A stretch of DNA of 64,000 nt from Candidatus Heimdallarchaeum endolithica (GTDB lineage Archaea > Asgardarchaeota > Heimdallarchaeia > Heimdallarchaeales > Heimdallarchaeaceae), in assembly GCA_021513715.1 (NCBI GenBank), contig CP084167.1:3168001-3232000 (forward strand), written 5' to 3'. The notes beneath the pieces were generated by a model, which made no database searches, was not told where the DNA came from, and saw nothing but the letters and a program-made list of their open reading frames with translations. Every line of letters starts with the position of its first letter. The stretch's first letter is position 1. The position numbers and the translations under genes are program-made. Shown piece by piece: positions 1 through 10,653 of the stretch.

Positions 1-459
1 ATAGTTGTTGTCCTAGGAAAAGATTACAGCCGTTATGTTGAACTAGTACCAAAATTAAAGAATGAGATTATTGTAAGAAATTTACAAACGGAGAAAGGTC
101 AATTTTTTTCTATTCAATGTGGATTAAAAAAAGTTAGAGAATTTAGTGATGATGGAGTTTTTATTTTACCTATTGATGTTTCTTGTCCAAATAAAGAAAC
201 TTGGAACAAGATTCTTGAAAATGTAGATGGTGTATCTGCAGTAATTCCTAGTTATAAAGGAAGAAGGGGTCATCCTGTATTTTTATCTCCTAAACTTATT
301 GAGCATATATTATCTTGTACTAGTGAACACAGACTAGATTATGAATTGAAGAAACTAGAAAAAAGGAATAAAGTTCGTATTATTGATGTTAATGATAGAA
401 AAGTTACACTCAATCTAAACACTTTAGAAGAATGGAAAAAGTACGTGAATGAGCAATGA
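1..459 (+). CDS. Nucleotidyltransferase, MocA/YgfJ-like molybdenum cofactor cytidylyltransferase (5' truncated by window edge)
   Basis: Frame-1 translation is open to TGA at 457-459: IVVVLGKD...GQFFSIQCGL...VFILPIDV...IPSYKGRRGHPVFLS...NLNTLEEW. The G-H-P-V motif fits this family. Overlaps the xdh start by ATGA. Confidence 0.75.
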   Translation: MVVVLGKDYSRYVELVPKLKNEIIVRNLQTEKGQFFSIQCGLKKVREFSDDGVFILPIDVSCPNKETWNKILENVDGVSAVIPSYKGRRGHPVFLSPKLIEHILSCTSEHRLDYELKKLEKRNKVRIIDVNDRKVTLNLNTLEEWKKYVNEQ

Positions 460-3101
460 AAGAAACAACATTTATTCTTAATGGAGAAAAAATAACAATA
501 GAATATGAGGAAGGAATGAGTTTATTAGATGTTTTGAGAGAGAAATGTAATATCACAAGTTGTAAGGATGGGTGTTCAGGACAAGGATATTGTGGAGCAT
601 GTACTGTTTTAATCGATGGAAAAGCTATGACTTCTTGTAATCGTGATCCTTCAAGTGTAAAAGGAAGAAGTATTGTTACTATTGAAGGTCTTGAAAAAGA
701 AGAAAAATTATTGTTAGCTAATGCACTAGTAAAAGAAGGTGGAATACAATGTGGTTTTTGCACTCCTGGAATAATGTTGAGGATAAAGTCTTTTCTTGAT
801 ACTCATCCTGAGTCAACAAGAGAAGAGAAAGCTAGAGCGCTAAGCCCAAATTTGTGCAGATGTACAGGTTATCAACGTATTTTGGATGCAATAGAAACTG
901 CAGAAGAACATTGGAAAATAAAAACTCCTATTAATGTTGATGACCCTCCACGAAGAGCAGATTTTTTTGGAGAAAAATATGGTTTAAAGAGAGAATATGA
1001 ACCAAAGAAAGATGGTGTAGGATATAGTACAAAAAGATATCGTGGTTTAGATATGGCTCTGGGCCAAAAGCCATATATTGCAGATATGAAAGTAGAAGGG
1101 ATGCTTCATGGAGCTTTTTTGTTAAGTGAATATCCCAGGGCAAAGATAAAGAAAATTGATTTAACAGAAGCAGAAAAAGCTTGTGGAGTAGTAAAAATAT
1201 TTACTGCTAAAGATGTTCTTGGAAAAAGATTTGTTGGTCATATTATTCCTGATTGGCCAATTTTTGTAGATGAAGGAGAAACAACTCGCTATGTTGGCGA
1301 TGTTATAGCTATGGTAGTTGCAGATAGTATGTTTCATGCACGTGCGGCAGTAGAAAAAATAAAGGTGGAATATGAGGTTCTTGAACCATTAGACGATCCG
1401 ATAAAAGCTATGGAACCTACAGCAGAAAAAATACATGAGAATGGTAATATACTCAGCAGAACTGTTTTTAGTAGAGGAGATGTAGAAGAAGCTTTTAGGA
1501 ATTCAAAATATTTTGTTAAACAAGAATTTAGAACTCAAAGAATAGAACATGCGTTTCTAGAAGTAGAAGCTTCGCTTGTTATACCTACAGATAAAGGAGT
1601 TCATGTTTATAGTCAAGGACAGGGTGTACATGAAGATCAGAGACAAATAGCAGAAGTGCTAGGGTTAGAAAAAGAGAATGTAATAGTTGAACTGGTAACA
1701 AATGGTGGAGCTTTTGGTGGTAAAGAGGATCTCTCTGTCCAAGCCCAAACAGCTCTTGCAGCTTATCTCTTGAAGAAACCAGTGAAAACAGTTCTAACTA
1801 GGGAGCAATCTTTGAGAATGCATCCTAAACGCCATCCAATGACCATGCGATATGAAGTTGGAGCTGATGAAAATGGTAAGCTAACTGGAGCAAGGATAAG
1901 GATAATAGGTGATACTGGTGCTTATGCTTCTGTTGGAGGAGCAGTAGTTGAACGTGCTGCAGGGCATTCATGCGGGCCATATTATCTTCCTGCAGTAGAT
2001 GTAGATGCAACAGCTGTTTACACCAATAATCCTCCTTGTGGAGCTATGAGAGGATTTGGGGTAAATCAGACCTCTTTTGCAATAGAAACATGTTTGAACA
2101 TGATTGCTGCAATGATGAGAGATGATGGAAAAGAAATAGATGATTTTGATATAAGAGAACGAAACATCTTGAGAGAAGGAAAACGTTTTGCTACTGGACA
2201 AATAATGACAAAAACAGTTATTGGTTTACAGAAATGTTTAGATGCAGTTAAGGAGCAGTATAAGAATTATAAAGGACCAAAAGGTATCGCTTGTGGGATC
2301 AAGAACACAGGAATAGGTAACGCTCTCGAAGATACAGGTAGAGTATTAATCCGTGTTCTTGGAGACGAAAAGTTGGAAATATTAACTGGTTTTACTGAAA
2401 TGGGACAAGGATTATTTACTGTTTTAACGCAAGCAATTAGCGAAATAACAAATATCCACCCTTCAAAGATGGATGTAAAATCAATAAGTTACGATAAAAC
2501 AAAGTGTGGAATGACAACTGCTTCAAGAGCTACAGCACTTGATACTATGGCAGCAAAGTATGCTGCAGAAAAACTTGCAGAAGACCTAAGAAACCACTCT
2601 CTTAAGGAATTAATAGGAAAAGAGTATCATGGTGAGTATGTTACCAACATAACAGTTAAGCCAGGTACCCCAGTAGATAACCCAATTACACATTTAGCTT
2701 TTAGTTATGCAGTTCAAGTAGCTTTTCTTGATGAAAACGGGAAACTAAAGAAAATACTGGCTGCTCACGATGTGGGTAGAGCAGTAAATCCTTTAGCTGT
2801 TGCAGGTCAGATAGAAGGAGGAATACATATGGGTTTAGGTCACACTTTATCAGAGGACTTTCCAACAACAAAGAGTGTTCCAGTTTCATTAAAAATTAGA
2901 GATCTGCAAATATTAAAGGCTAAAGATACTCCAGAAATAGAAGTAATAATAATTGAAGAACCTGAAGAAATTGGTGGTTTTGGAGCAAAGGGTGTGGGAG
3001 AAATAGGTTTAGTACCAACTGCAGGAGCAGTAACAGGTGCGTTCTATCAATATGATAGAAAGTGGAGAACAGAGCTCCCTATAGCTAGAAAAAAAAGATG
3101 A
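456..3101 (+). CDS. Molybdenum hydroxylase, selenium-dependent xanthine dehydrogenase type (fused 2x[2Fe-2S] and Moco domains, no FAD domain)
   Basis: CKDGCSGQGYCGACTV, QCGFCTPG and NLCRCTGY Fe-S motifs; GGAFGGKED, AMRGFG and KGVGE Moco motifs; next to ygeY. Confidence 0.85.
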   Translation: MKETTFILNGEKITIEYEEGMSLLDVLREKCNITSCKDGCSGQGYCGACTVLIDGKAMTSCNRDPSSVKGRSIVTIEGLEKEEKLLLANALVKEGGIQCGFCTPGIMLRIKSFLDTHPESTREEKARALSPNLCRCTGYQRILDAIETAEEHWKIKTPINVDDPPRRADFFGEKYGLKREYEPKKDGVGYSTKRYRGLDMALGQKPYIADMKVEGMLHGAFLLSEYPRAKIKKIDLTEAEKACGVVKIFTAKDVLGKRFVGHIIPDWPIFVDEGETTRYVGDVIAMVVADSMFHARAAVEKIKVEYEVLEPLDDPIKAMEPTAEKIHENGNILSRTVFSRGDVEEAFRNSKYFVKQEFRTQRIEHAFLEVEASLVIPTDKGVHVYSQGQGVHEDQRQIAEVLGLEKENVIVELVTNGGAFGGKEDLSVQAQTALAAYLLKKPVKTVLTREQSLRMHPKRHPMTMRYEVGADENGKLTGARIRIIGDTGAYASVGGAVVERAAGHSCGPYYLPAVDVDATAVYTNNPPCGAMRGFGVNQTSFAIETCLNMIAAMMRDDGKEIDDFDIRERNILREGKRFATGQIMTKTVIGLQKCLDAVKEQYKNYKGPKGIACGIKNTGIGNALEDTGRVLIRVLGDEKLEILTGFTEMGQGLFTVLTQAISEITNIHPSKMDVKSISYDKTKCGMTTASRATALDTMAAKYAAEKLAEDLRNHSLKELIGKEYHGEYVTNITVKPGTPVDNPITHLAFSYAVQVAFLDENGKLKKILAAHDVGRAVNPLAVAGQIEGGIHMGLGHTLSEDFPTTKSVPVSLKIRDLQILKAKDTPEIEVIIIEEPEEIGGFGAKGVGEIGLVPTAGAVTGAFYQYDRKWRTELPIARKKR

Positions 3102-3110
3102 GGGTTAAAA

Positions 3111-4316
3111 ATGAAAGATAATGTAATGGAAAAAGTTGAAGAATACAAAAAAGATATGTATGAATTTCTAAGGGATATGATTCGCATTCCCAGTACAAGC
3201 GGGAAAGAAAAAGACTTAATTGAACGTATAAAGCAAGAAATGGAAAAATTAGGTTATGATGAGATAAAAATAGATAAAATGGGTAACATTCTAGGAAAGA
3301 TAGGAAATGGAAAACATGTTATAGCTTTTGACGCACATATCGACACTGTAGATGTGGGAAATAGAGAAAATTGGACACACGATCCTTATGAAGGATATGA
3401 AGACGACGAAATAATCTATGGAAGAGGAGCAAGTGATCAAGAGGGTGGCTTTGCTTGTATGGTCTATGCTGGAAAAATAATCAAAGATTTAGATATAACC
3501 GGAGATACCACTGTTTGGATAGTAGGCTCTGTTCAGGAAGAAGACTGTGATGGACTATGTTGGCACCATATTTTGACTGAAAAAGTTATTGAACCTGAAT
3601 TTGTAGTTTTAACTGAACCAACATCCTTGAAAGTAAATAGAGGACAGAGAGGGAGAATGGAAATAAAAGTAACAACTACAGGAATAAGTGCTCATGGTTC
3701 TGCTCCAGAAAGAGGAGAAAATGCTATCTATAAAATGGCTAAAATCATTCAAGAGTTGGAAAAGCTACATGGAGAACTAAAAAATGATGAATTTCTAGGA
3801 AAAGGTTCTTTAACTGTAACAGAAATATTTTCAAGTTCACCATCAAGATGCGCTGTAGCAGATGGATGTAGTATATCAGTAGATAGAAGGTTAACTTTTG
3901 GAGAAACTAAAGAAACATCTCTAAATGAGATCAAAAATCTTCCTTCTGTGAAAAAATACAACGCAAAAGTAGAAATGTACACATACAATGAACCTTCTTA
4001 CACTGGTCATCGCACTCTGGTTGATAGTTACTTCCCCACTTGGGTTTTAGAAGAAGACCATCCTCTGTGTGGAATGATGGTAGAAACCGCAGAAGAAGTA
4101 ATGGGAAAGAAGCCACTTTTAGATAAATGGACATTCTCCACAAATGGAGTATATATTATGGGAATGCACAATGTTCCTTGCATAGGCTTTGGCCCTGGAC
4201 ATGAGGAAGAAGCTCATGCACCTAACGAAAAAACGTTTAAGAAAGAGTTAGATATTGCTACAGCGGTTTATGCATTAATTCCAACGAAATATTCTGAAAT
4301 GATGAAGAAAGAATAG
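3111..4316 (+). CDS. ygeY: YgeY-family M20 metallo-hydrolase
   Basis: [56 protein letters not shown] and AHAPNE motifs. Confidence 0.85.
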   Translation: MKDNVMEKVEEYKKDMYEFLRDMIRIPSTSGKEKDLIERIKQEMEKLGYDEIKIDKMGNILGKIGNGKHVIAFDAHIDTVDVGNRENWTHDPYEGYEDDEIIYGRGASDQEGGFACMVYAGKIIKDLDITGDTTVWIVGSVQEEDCDGLCWHHILTEKVIEPEFVVLTEPTSLKVNRGQRGRMEIKVTTTGISAHGSAPERGENAIYKMAKIIQELEKLHGELKNDEFLGKGSLTVTEIFSSSPSRCAVADGCSISVDRRLTFGETKETSLNEIKNLPSVKKYNAKVEMYTYNEPSYTGHRTLVDSYFPTWVLEEDHPLCGMMVETAEEVMGKKPLLDKWTFSTNGVYIMGMHNVPCIGFGPGHEEEAHAPNEKTFKKELDIATAVYALIPTKYSEMMKKE

Positions 4317-4336
4317 AAATAAAAAGAAAAAAATAG

Positions 4337-5311
4337 GTGAGAAATATGAGATCTAAATTAAGAGGAAAAGATTTTATCACTTTACGTGATTGGACAAAAG
4401 AAGAAATAGATACTTTACTCGAAGTGTCTTTTGAATTAAAAGAGAAATTCTTGAAAGGAGAACCTACACCTTATCTACCCTATAAAACCATTTTTTTGAT
4501 GTTTTTTGAACAATCTACAAGAACCAGAAACTCTATGGAAGCAGGAATAGCCCAGTTGGGAGGACATGCTAATTATCTTGATACTTCTACAATGCAAATA
4601 TCTCATGGAGAAGTAGCAAAAGATACTGCTTCAGTACTTTCAAGATATGGTCATGCAATAGCTTGCAGAAACTGCTTCTGGGGAATAGGAAACAAGTATT
4701 TGAACAATATGGCTAAACACTCAAGAGTTCCTATCATGAGTCTTCAAGATGATCTTTATCATCCAATGCAAGGAATAGCTGACCTTATGACAATTATTGA
4801 GAAGAAAAAAGAAACAAAAAACCTCAAAGTTTCAATAATCTGGGCTTATGCTACATCACATAAGAAACCCATTTCAGTACCACTTACACAATGTTTACTT
4901 TTTCCAAGATATGGGATGGATGTGACTTTAGCTTATCCTGAAGGATTTGAGATGCCCGATTGGGTAATAGAAGAAGCTAAAAAGAATGCTGAAGAAAATG
5001 GAGGATCATTTAGAATAACTCATGATATGGAAGAAGCTTATAGAGACGCAGACGTAGTAATACCTAAAAACTGGGGAAGCTGGAGTGGCAAAAAAGGAGA
5101 TGTAGAAATAAGTCAGTTTAAAGATTGGAAATGTACTGAAGAGATAATGAAACTAGCGAAAAAAGATGTAATCTACATGCATGCTCTACCAGCTGATAGG
5201 GGAAATGAAGTAGATGATTCAGTGATAGACGGTCCTAATTCAGTTATCTATGATGAAGCTGAAAACAGACTACATACAGCAAAAGCAGTTATGTGGCTAA
5301 CGATGGGATAA
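4337..5311 (+). CDS. Carbamoyltransferase of the ATCase/OTCase superfamily, YgeW-like (ATG at 4346 is the likelier start)
   Basis: STRTR, HPMQ, HALPA and EAENR motifs. WAYATSHKKPISVP resembles the YgeW loop WAYSPSYGKPLSVP. Confidence 0.75.
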   Translation: MRNMRSKLRGKDFITLRDWTKEEIDTLLEVSFELKEKFLKGEPTPYLPYKTIFLMFFEQSTRTRNSMEAGIAQLGGHANYLDTSTMQISHGEVAKDTASVLSRYGHAIACRNCFWGIGNKYLNNMAKHSRVPIMSLQDDLYHPMQGIADLMTIIEKKKETKNLKVSIIWAYATSHKKPISVPLTQCLLFPRYGMDVTLAYPEGFEMPDWVIEEAKKNAEENGGSFRITHDMEEAYRDADVVIPKNWGSWSGKKGDVEISQFKDWKCTEEIMKLAKKDVIYMHALPADRGNEVDDSVIDGPNSVIYDEAENRLHTAKAVMWLTMG

Positions 5312-5340
5312 GAAAAATAAACTTATTTCTTTTTTTTTGT

Positions 5341-6804
5341 TTATATTAATCCCACTTCTTCATTAAATTGATTAATCAATTCATCAATTTTATCAAGGTA
5401 AGTGCGTAATTCTTTCCAGTAGGAGTCGTTGTACCACTGTTCATTAAGTTCTTCTAACTGCCTTCCTTGTTGCTCAATCCAAGTGAAATATTTGAGGTTG
5501 TGTATCCTTCTTTTTTGTGGATAAGTAAGTTCAAGTAAGTTATCTAACTTTTGACCATGTAAACTGAGATGAAAGTCTTTAATTGCATCTCTAACGTTGT
5601 AATCTCCATATTTTTGTCTCATCTCTAAAATCCTAGACTGGTAAAGTTCCATGCTATCCGTGAATACTGTGAGTACAACATCTTCTCTTGTAAGTTCATA
5701 ATATTTTGAGAATTTTATTGCCATAAGCATGTTAGCAATACTGGATAGACCCAACAAATCAAGTTTACTTACGATTTCTTCTGAAACTCCTTGTTCAACC
5801 AGATATTTCTTTCCTTCTTCTTTATTGAAAAGACGCATAATGGACATTACATCTCTGTCATCGATTGCAATAACCATGTCTGTGTTTTTGACATTATGAA
5901 TCCATGGAATGTGTTTATCCCCTATCCCCTCAATTGAATGCGCTCCAAAGCCATTTAGTAACATTGTTGGACATTGTAAAGCTTCTCCTGCAGCAATTTT
6001 TGATGAAGGATATAATTCCTTGAGGAAATCTCCAACAGCAATAGTTCCAGCTGAGCCAGTTGTTAAAGTAACACCACGATACCTTCCTCCACCAAGTTCT
6101 TTGTTTAAAACTTCTTTGAAAGCATTTCCAGTGACATCATAGTGGAATAGAGAGTTTCCGAATTCTTCGAATTGATTAAAAACAAAAATATTTTCTCTCT
6201 CTGCTCTTAATTCCCAGACTTTGTCGTAGATTTCTTTCACATTACTTTCTGAACCAGGAGTAGCAATAATCTCTCCAGCAACAGTTTTGAGCCAGTTAAA
6301 CCTTTCTTGAGACATCTCTTCTGGAAGGATAGCTATAGATTCACAAGCTAGTAAAGAAGCTACGTAAGCTCCTCCTCTACAGTAATTCCCTGTACTTGGC
6401 CACACAGCTTTCATTCTCTTAACATCAAAAGATCCAGAAACTAAATAAGGCGCTAAACAACCAAAAGTAGCACCTACCTTATGAGCACCAGTGGGAAAAT
6501 ACTTCCCAACCAAAGCAATGATTCTAGCTTCAACTCCAGTTAATTCAGGAGGAAGCTCAATGTAGTTAGGTCCTCCAAAACCTCCTCCGAATTTAACAGG
6601 TTCATTTTTCCAAGTTATTCTGAAGAGATTTCGTGGATGAATATCCCATAAACCTATCTCTTTTAGTTCTTCTTTAATAGAGGAAGGTATAAGTTCTGGA
6701 TTCCTCATTTGTGCAAAAGTAGGAATAATAATATCTCTCTCTTTTATTCTTTCAATGTTCTCCTTTCTGGTTTCAGAGTTAATATCTAAAGGAATTAATG
6801 TCAT
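5341..6804 (-). CDS. PLP-dependent fold-type II enzyme (cysteine synthase/lyase-like)
   Basis: GAHKVGA (PLP lysine), WPSTGNY, TGSAGT and IEGIG motifs. Confidence 0.75.
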   Translation of the reverse strand: MTLIPLDINSETRKENIERIKERDIIIPTFAQMRNPELIPSSIKEELKEIGLWDIHPRNLFRITWKNEPVKFGGGFGGPNYIELPPELTGVEARIIALVGKYFPTGAHKVGATFGCLAPYLVSGSFDVKRMKAVWPSTGNYCRGGAYVASLLACESIAILPEEMSQERFNWLKTVAGEIIATPGSESNVKEIYDKVWELRAERENIFVFNQFEEFGNSLFHYDVTGNAFKEVLNKELGGGRYRGVTLTTGSAGTIAVGDFLKELYPSSKIAAGEALQCPTMLLNGFGAHSIEGIGDKHIPWIHNVKNTDMVIAIDDRDVMSIMRLFNKEEGKKYLVEQGVSEEIVSKLDLLGLSSIANMLMAIKFSKYYELTREDVVLTVFTDSMELYQSRILEMRQKYGDYNVRDAIKDFHLSLHGQKLDNLLELTYPQKRRIHNLKYFTWIEQQGRQLEELNEQWYNDSYWKELRTYLDKIDELINQFNEEVGLI

Positions 6805-6898
6805 TAATTAGTTAAAAATAAAATCTATATTAAATTGTTTGTATTGAAAACAGAAACTCAACCAAAACTATATTTGTGAAAAATTTAAAATCAAATTA

Positions 6899-8230
6899 AT
6901 GTATAGTTTAGGATTAATAAATGGCTTAGTTTATAGAAATGGTTCCTTAACTCATGAAAATATCTACATAAGCGGAGAAAGAATCAAGAAAATCACACCT
7001 AACAAGGAAAAATATGACTGTAGTGAAGAAATAAATTGTGAAGGAAAGATAATTCTTCCAGGTTTTATTGACCCTCATGTACATCTAAATTTAAATCTTG
7101 GAGAGTTTATCTCTACAGATAGTTACGAAAGTGGTTCTATTGCAGCAGCTTTTGGAGGAGTTACAACATTTATCGACTTTTTAGAACCAATAAGTTTTGT
7201 TAGTGAATTTAAAGAAAAGTTTGATCAAAAAATTGAAGAGTCAAAACTTTCCCATATTGACTTTAGTTTTCATACAACAGTAGGAAATTATAAAGACAAA
7301 GTGGATGAATTAGCAAAAATTTCTCTAAAACATGGTATCCCCTCAATTAAACTCTTTACTACTTACTCTGAAAGTGATAGAAAGATTTCAGATAAAAAAC
7401 TAAAAGAATTGTTACAACTTTCCAAGGTTGAAAATTTATTAATCTTAATTCATGCAGAGAACGACAATATAATTTTAAATTCAAAAAACTATGAAATATT
7501 AAGCCAATATGAAAGTTCCAGACCTGTAGACGCAGAGTTAAAGGAAGTTGAGAAACTTTCAACTTTAATTAAAGAAACGGAGGGAAGAGCGTATATTGTT
7601 CATTTAACTACTGGCACAGCTTTAGAATTTATGAAAGAAAATTATAATGATTTATTAGGAAAAAACCTTTTTTTAGAGAGTTGTCCGCAGTATTTTTGGC
7701 TAACTCGGGAAGTGTACAAAAAAGATGATGGAAGGCTGTTTTTACTTGCTCCTCCTCTGCGTTCAAAAGAAGAACAAGAAAAATTAAGGAAAAACATTGA
7801 TCTTATTCATTCTATTGGTACTGATCATTGCCCTTTCACAAAGGAAGAAAAGTACAGATATTCTGAAGTTAGTAAAGTTCCAAAAGGAATAGGAGGAATT
7901 GAATATAGTTTTTCACTAATGTACAACCTTTTTGGTACAAGCATTATGGATAAGTTCACTATAAATCCTGCAAAAATACACGGTCTCTTTCCCCAAAAGG
8001 GCGTTATACAAGAAGGTTCTGATGCTGACTTGGTCATTTTTGATCCAAACAGAGAATTAACTATAGATGCAGGACACTCTAATTCAGATTATAGTCCTTA
8101 TGAAGGAATAAAAGTTAGAGGAATTGTAGAAAGTACGATTCAAAGAGGACAATTTTTAGTTAAAGAGAGAAAATTTGTGGGAAAAAATGTTAGAGGAAAC
8201 TATCTGAAAAGAAAACATTATAATTTCTAA
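6899..8230 (+). CDS. Cyclic amidohydrolase (dihydropyrimidinase/hydantoinase, HyuA-like)
   Basis: PGFIDPHVH, AAAFGGVTT, IHAEN, YIVH, PPLR, GTDHCPF and GSDADLV motifs. Confidence 0.85.
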   Translation: MYSLGLINGLVYRNGSLTHENIYISGERIKKITPNKEKYDCSEEINCEGKIILPGFIDPHVHLNLNLGEFISTDSYESGSIAAAFGGVTTFIDFLEPISFVSEFKEKFDQKIEESKLSHIDFSFHTTVGNYKDKVDELAKISLKHGIPSIKLFTTYSESDRKISDKKLKELLQLSKVENLLILIHAENDNIILNSKNYEILSQYESSRPVDAELKEVEKLSTLIKETEGRAYIVHLTTGTALEFMKENYNDLLGKNLFLESCPQYFWLTREVYKKDDGRLFLLAPPLRSKEEQEKLRKNIDLIHSIGTDHCPFTKEEKYRYSEVSKVPKGIGGIEYSFSLMYNLFGTSIMDKFTINPAKIHGLFPQKGVIQEGSDADLVIFDPNRELTIDAGHSNSDYSPYEGIKVRGIVESTIQRGQFLVKERKFVGKNVRGNYLKRKHYNF

Positions 8231-8237
8231 AACTATC

Positions 8238-9548
8238 GTGATGTATATGATAGCTATTGTTAACGTGAAAATCTATGACTATGATACATACATTGATGAC
8301 GGTTATTGCTTGTTTAATGAAAAAATAGTTGAAGTAGGTTCAATGGATGATTTCAGAAAAAATGATGAAATTGAGCAAGTAATAGACGGTAAAAACAAGC
8401 TTCTTCTTCCTGGTTTAGTCAATTTTCACACACATATTTATTCTACATTAGTAAGAGGAGCTTCCATACCTTTCAACCCCACAAGCTTTAAAGAATTGTT
8501 AGAGCAACTTTGGTGGAAGTTTGACAGTCAATTAGATAATCCAACAATTTATTATAGTGGGTTAGTTTATGGAATAGAATCACTGAAAAATGGAGTTACA
8601 TCTCTTATAGACCATCATGCAAGTGGAATAGATATTAAAGGCAGTTTAACTGAATTAAAAAAGGCAATAGTTGAAACTTTAGGAATGAGAGGTATTTTCT
8701 GTTTTGAAACAAGTGACAGGTTTGATATTGAGGAATGTATAGAAGAAAATCTCACAGGATTAACTTTTAATTCTTCAGAGGCTAAAGGAATGTTTGGTTT
8801 GCATGCTTCGATGAGCTTATCTAATGAAACTTTAGAGAAAATAAGTAAAATAATCGAAAAAAATCCTATACATGTTCATGTAGCAGAAAGTAAAGAAGAT
8901 GAAGAAGATTCTTTATCTAAATACGGTAAAAGAGTGGTAGAAAGATATAATGATTATAATTTGATTAATGAAAAATCGATTTTTGCCCATTGTGTTCATA
9001 TTGATGAAAAAGAAGCAGAAATAATGAGTAAAAAAGGAGCATATATAGCTCTTAATCCAACTTCTAATCTCAATAATGCTGTGGGATTTTTCAACTACAC
9101 CCTTTACAAGAAATTCAATATTCCTATTTTGATAGGTACAGATGGTCTGGGTACAAATATTGCAAAAGAGTGGACAAATCTGTTCTACTTGGGAAAGGCA
9201 GGGATGAAAAATCCTGTGGGAATAAGTTTAGATGAAATAAAAGAATATATTGTTCATTCTTACGAATATTTTGGCCAAATGATAGGTATAAAAATAGGAA
9301 AAATAAAACAAGACTTTGTAGCTGATTTACTATTGGTTGACTACATTCATCCTACAACATTGGATGAGAATAACGTTTTTGGCCATTTATTCTTTGGCTT
9401 ATTCGATAATTTTAAACCTTCTTGGGTATTTGTAAAAGGTAAGCCTCTAATAAAAGAATACAAAAGTATTTTCGATGAAGATAGAATCTATCAAGAAGCA
9501 GTTGAAGTTTCTAAAAAACTATGGGAGAGAATAGAAAAAATAAATTAA
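8238..9548 (+). CDS. SsnA-like amidohydrolase
   Basis: PGLVNFHTHIYS, LEQLWWKFD, GVTSLIDHHAS, GLHAS, HVHVAE, AHCVH, NPTSN and GTDG motifs. Confidence 0.8.
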   Translation: MMYMIAIVNVKIYDYDTYIDDGYCLFNEKIVEVGSMDDFRKNDEIEQVIDGKNKLLLPGLVNFHTHIYSTLVRGASIPFNPTSFKELLEQLWWKFDSQLDNPTIYYSGLVYGIESLKNGVTSLIDHHASGIDIKGSLTELKKAIVETLGMRGIFCFETSDRFDIEECIEENLTGLTFNSSEAKGMFGLHASMSLSNETLEKISKIIEKNPIHVHVAESKEDEEDSLSKYGKRVVERYNDYNLINEKSIFAHCVHIDEKEAEIMSKKGAYIALNPTSNLNNAVGFFNYTLYKKFNIPILIGTDGLGTNIAKEWTNLFYLGKAGMKNPVGISLDEIKEYIVHSYEYFGQMIGIKIGKIKQDFVADLLLVDYIHPTTLDENNVFGHLFFGLFDNFKPSWVFVKGKPLIKEYKSIFDEDRIYQEAVEVSKKLWERIEKIN

Positions 9549-10637
9549 TTGGAAAGTGAAAAAATGGATTTGTCAATAGATCTATTGGGGAAAAAATTTT
9601 CTAATCCTTTAGGTCCCGCTGCAGGACCTCTATGTGAAGGAATAGAAAATATGCTATTTTTTAATGATAATTCTTGTGGTTATATGGTTTCAAAGACTAT
9701 TTCAATAGAAGGAGCAATAGTGAAGAAACCTTGTATAGCAGGTACATCAAACACAATTTATAACAGAGAATTATGGTCAGAACTACATTCTGATGAGTGG
9801 ATAGAAACTATTTTACCAAAAGTTTTCACAGAGAAAAAGAAACCGCTAATCATAAGTGCAGGGTATAAAGAGGAAGATTTCAAGTATTTAATTCCAAAAC
9901 TTGATCCTTTTGCTGATTTCTTTGAAATTTCCACACATTATGTGAAAGAAAATCTCGATGGAATTGTAAGAAGTATAAGGGAAAATACTGATAAACCAAT
10001 TTTTATGAAACTCAGCCCACATGTAACAGACTATTTGGGTTTCGTAAAGAAAGTTATTGGTGCTGGAGCTACAGGAATTGTAGCAATAAACTCTTTAGGA
10101 CCAGCTACAGCAGTAGACCTGAAGAACCTTTCTCTCTTACTCGGAGATGAAGTATGGATAAGTGGACCAGCAATCAAACCTATAGCTCTACATAGAGTAT
10201 ATCACATAAGAAAAGCTTTTCCAGATATACCTATTATCGGAGTAGGAGGAATAGCAAAAGCTGAAGATGTGCTAGAATTTATTTTTGCAGGAGCTGACTT
10301 GGTTCAAATGCTTTCTTCTGCATTAATTAAGGGGAGATATCTTTACGATAAAATAGTGAAAGATCTACCTAAAGCATTGGAAAAGTATGGTTTTTCATCA
10401 ATTGAAGAAATAAGAAAAGTAAGGAAGGAGACTATTTTCAAAGTTGAAGAAGAAAAAGAGAATAATTTTCCAGAATTTAATGAAAAGTGCACATTATGTG
10501 GTCTTTGCGTGAAAATATGTCCTGCTGGAGCATTATCTGAGGATGGAAAAATTATTGTTGACAAAAACAAATGTATCCAGTGTGGTTTATGTGAATCTCG
10601 TTGTCCTTATGATGCAATTAGTGGAGTTTTAATATAA
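9549..10637 (+). CDS. Dihydroorotate/dihydropyrimidine dehydrogenase-like FMN barrel with C-terminal 2x[4Fe-4S] domain (start probably ATG 9564)
   Basis: NPLGPAAGP, KTI, KPIFMKLSP, INS, ISGPAIKP and IIGVGGI motifs; two CxxCxxCxxxCP. Confidence 0.8.
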   Translation: MESEKMDLSIDLLGKKFSNPLGPAAGPLCEGIENMLFFNDNSCGYMVSKTISIEGAIVKKPCIAGTSNTIYNRELWSELHSDEWIETILPKVFTEKKKPLIISAGYKEEDFKYLIPKLDPFADFFEISTHYVKENLDGIVRSIRENTDKPIFMKLSPHVTDYLGFVKKVIGAGATGIVAINSLGPATAVDLKNLSLLLGDEVWISGPAIKPIALHRVYHIRKAFPDIPIIGVGGIAKAEDVLEFIFAGADLVQMLSSALIKGRYLYDKIVKDLPKALEKYGFSSIEEIRKVRKETIFKVEEEKENNFPEFNEKCTLCGLCVKICPAGALSEDGKIIVDKNKCIQCGLCESRCPYDAISGVLI

Positions 10638-10653
10638 AAATAGAGGAATTCAA

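Noticed and set aside
459-476. 14-nt match (AAACAACATTTATT) between the unit-B linker and the xdh start
   Set aside because: Mismatches at seed positions 2-3, and the AT-rich sequence makes a chance match plausible.
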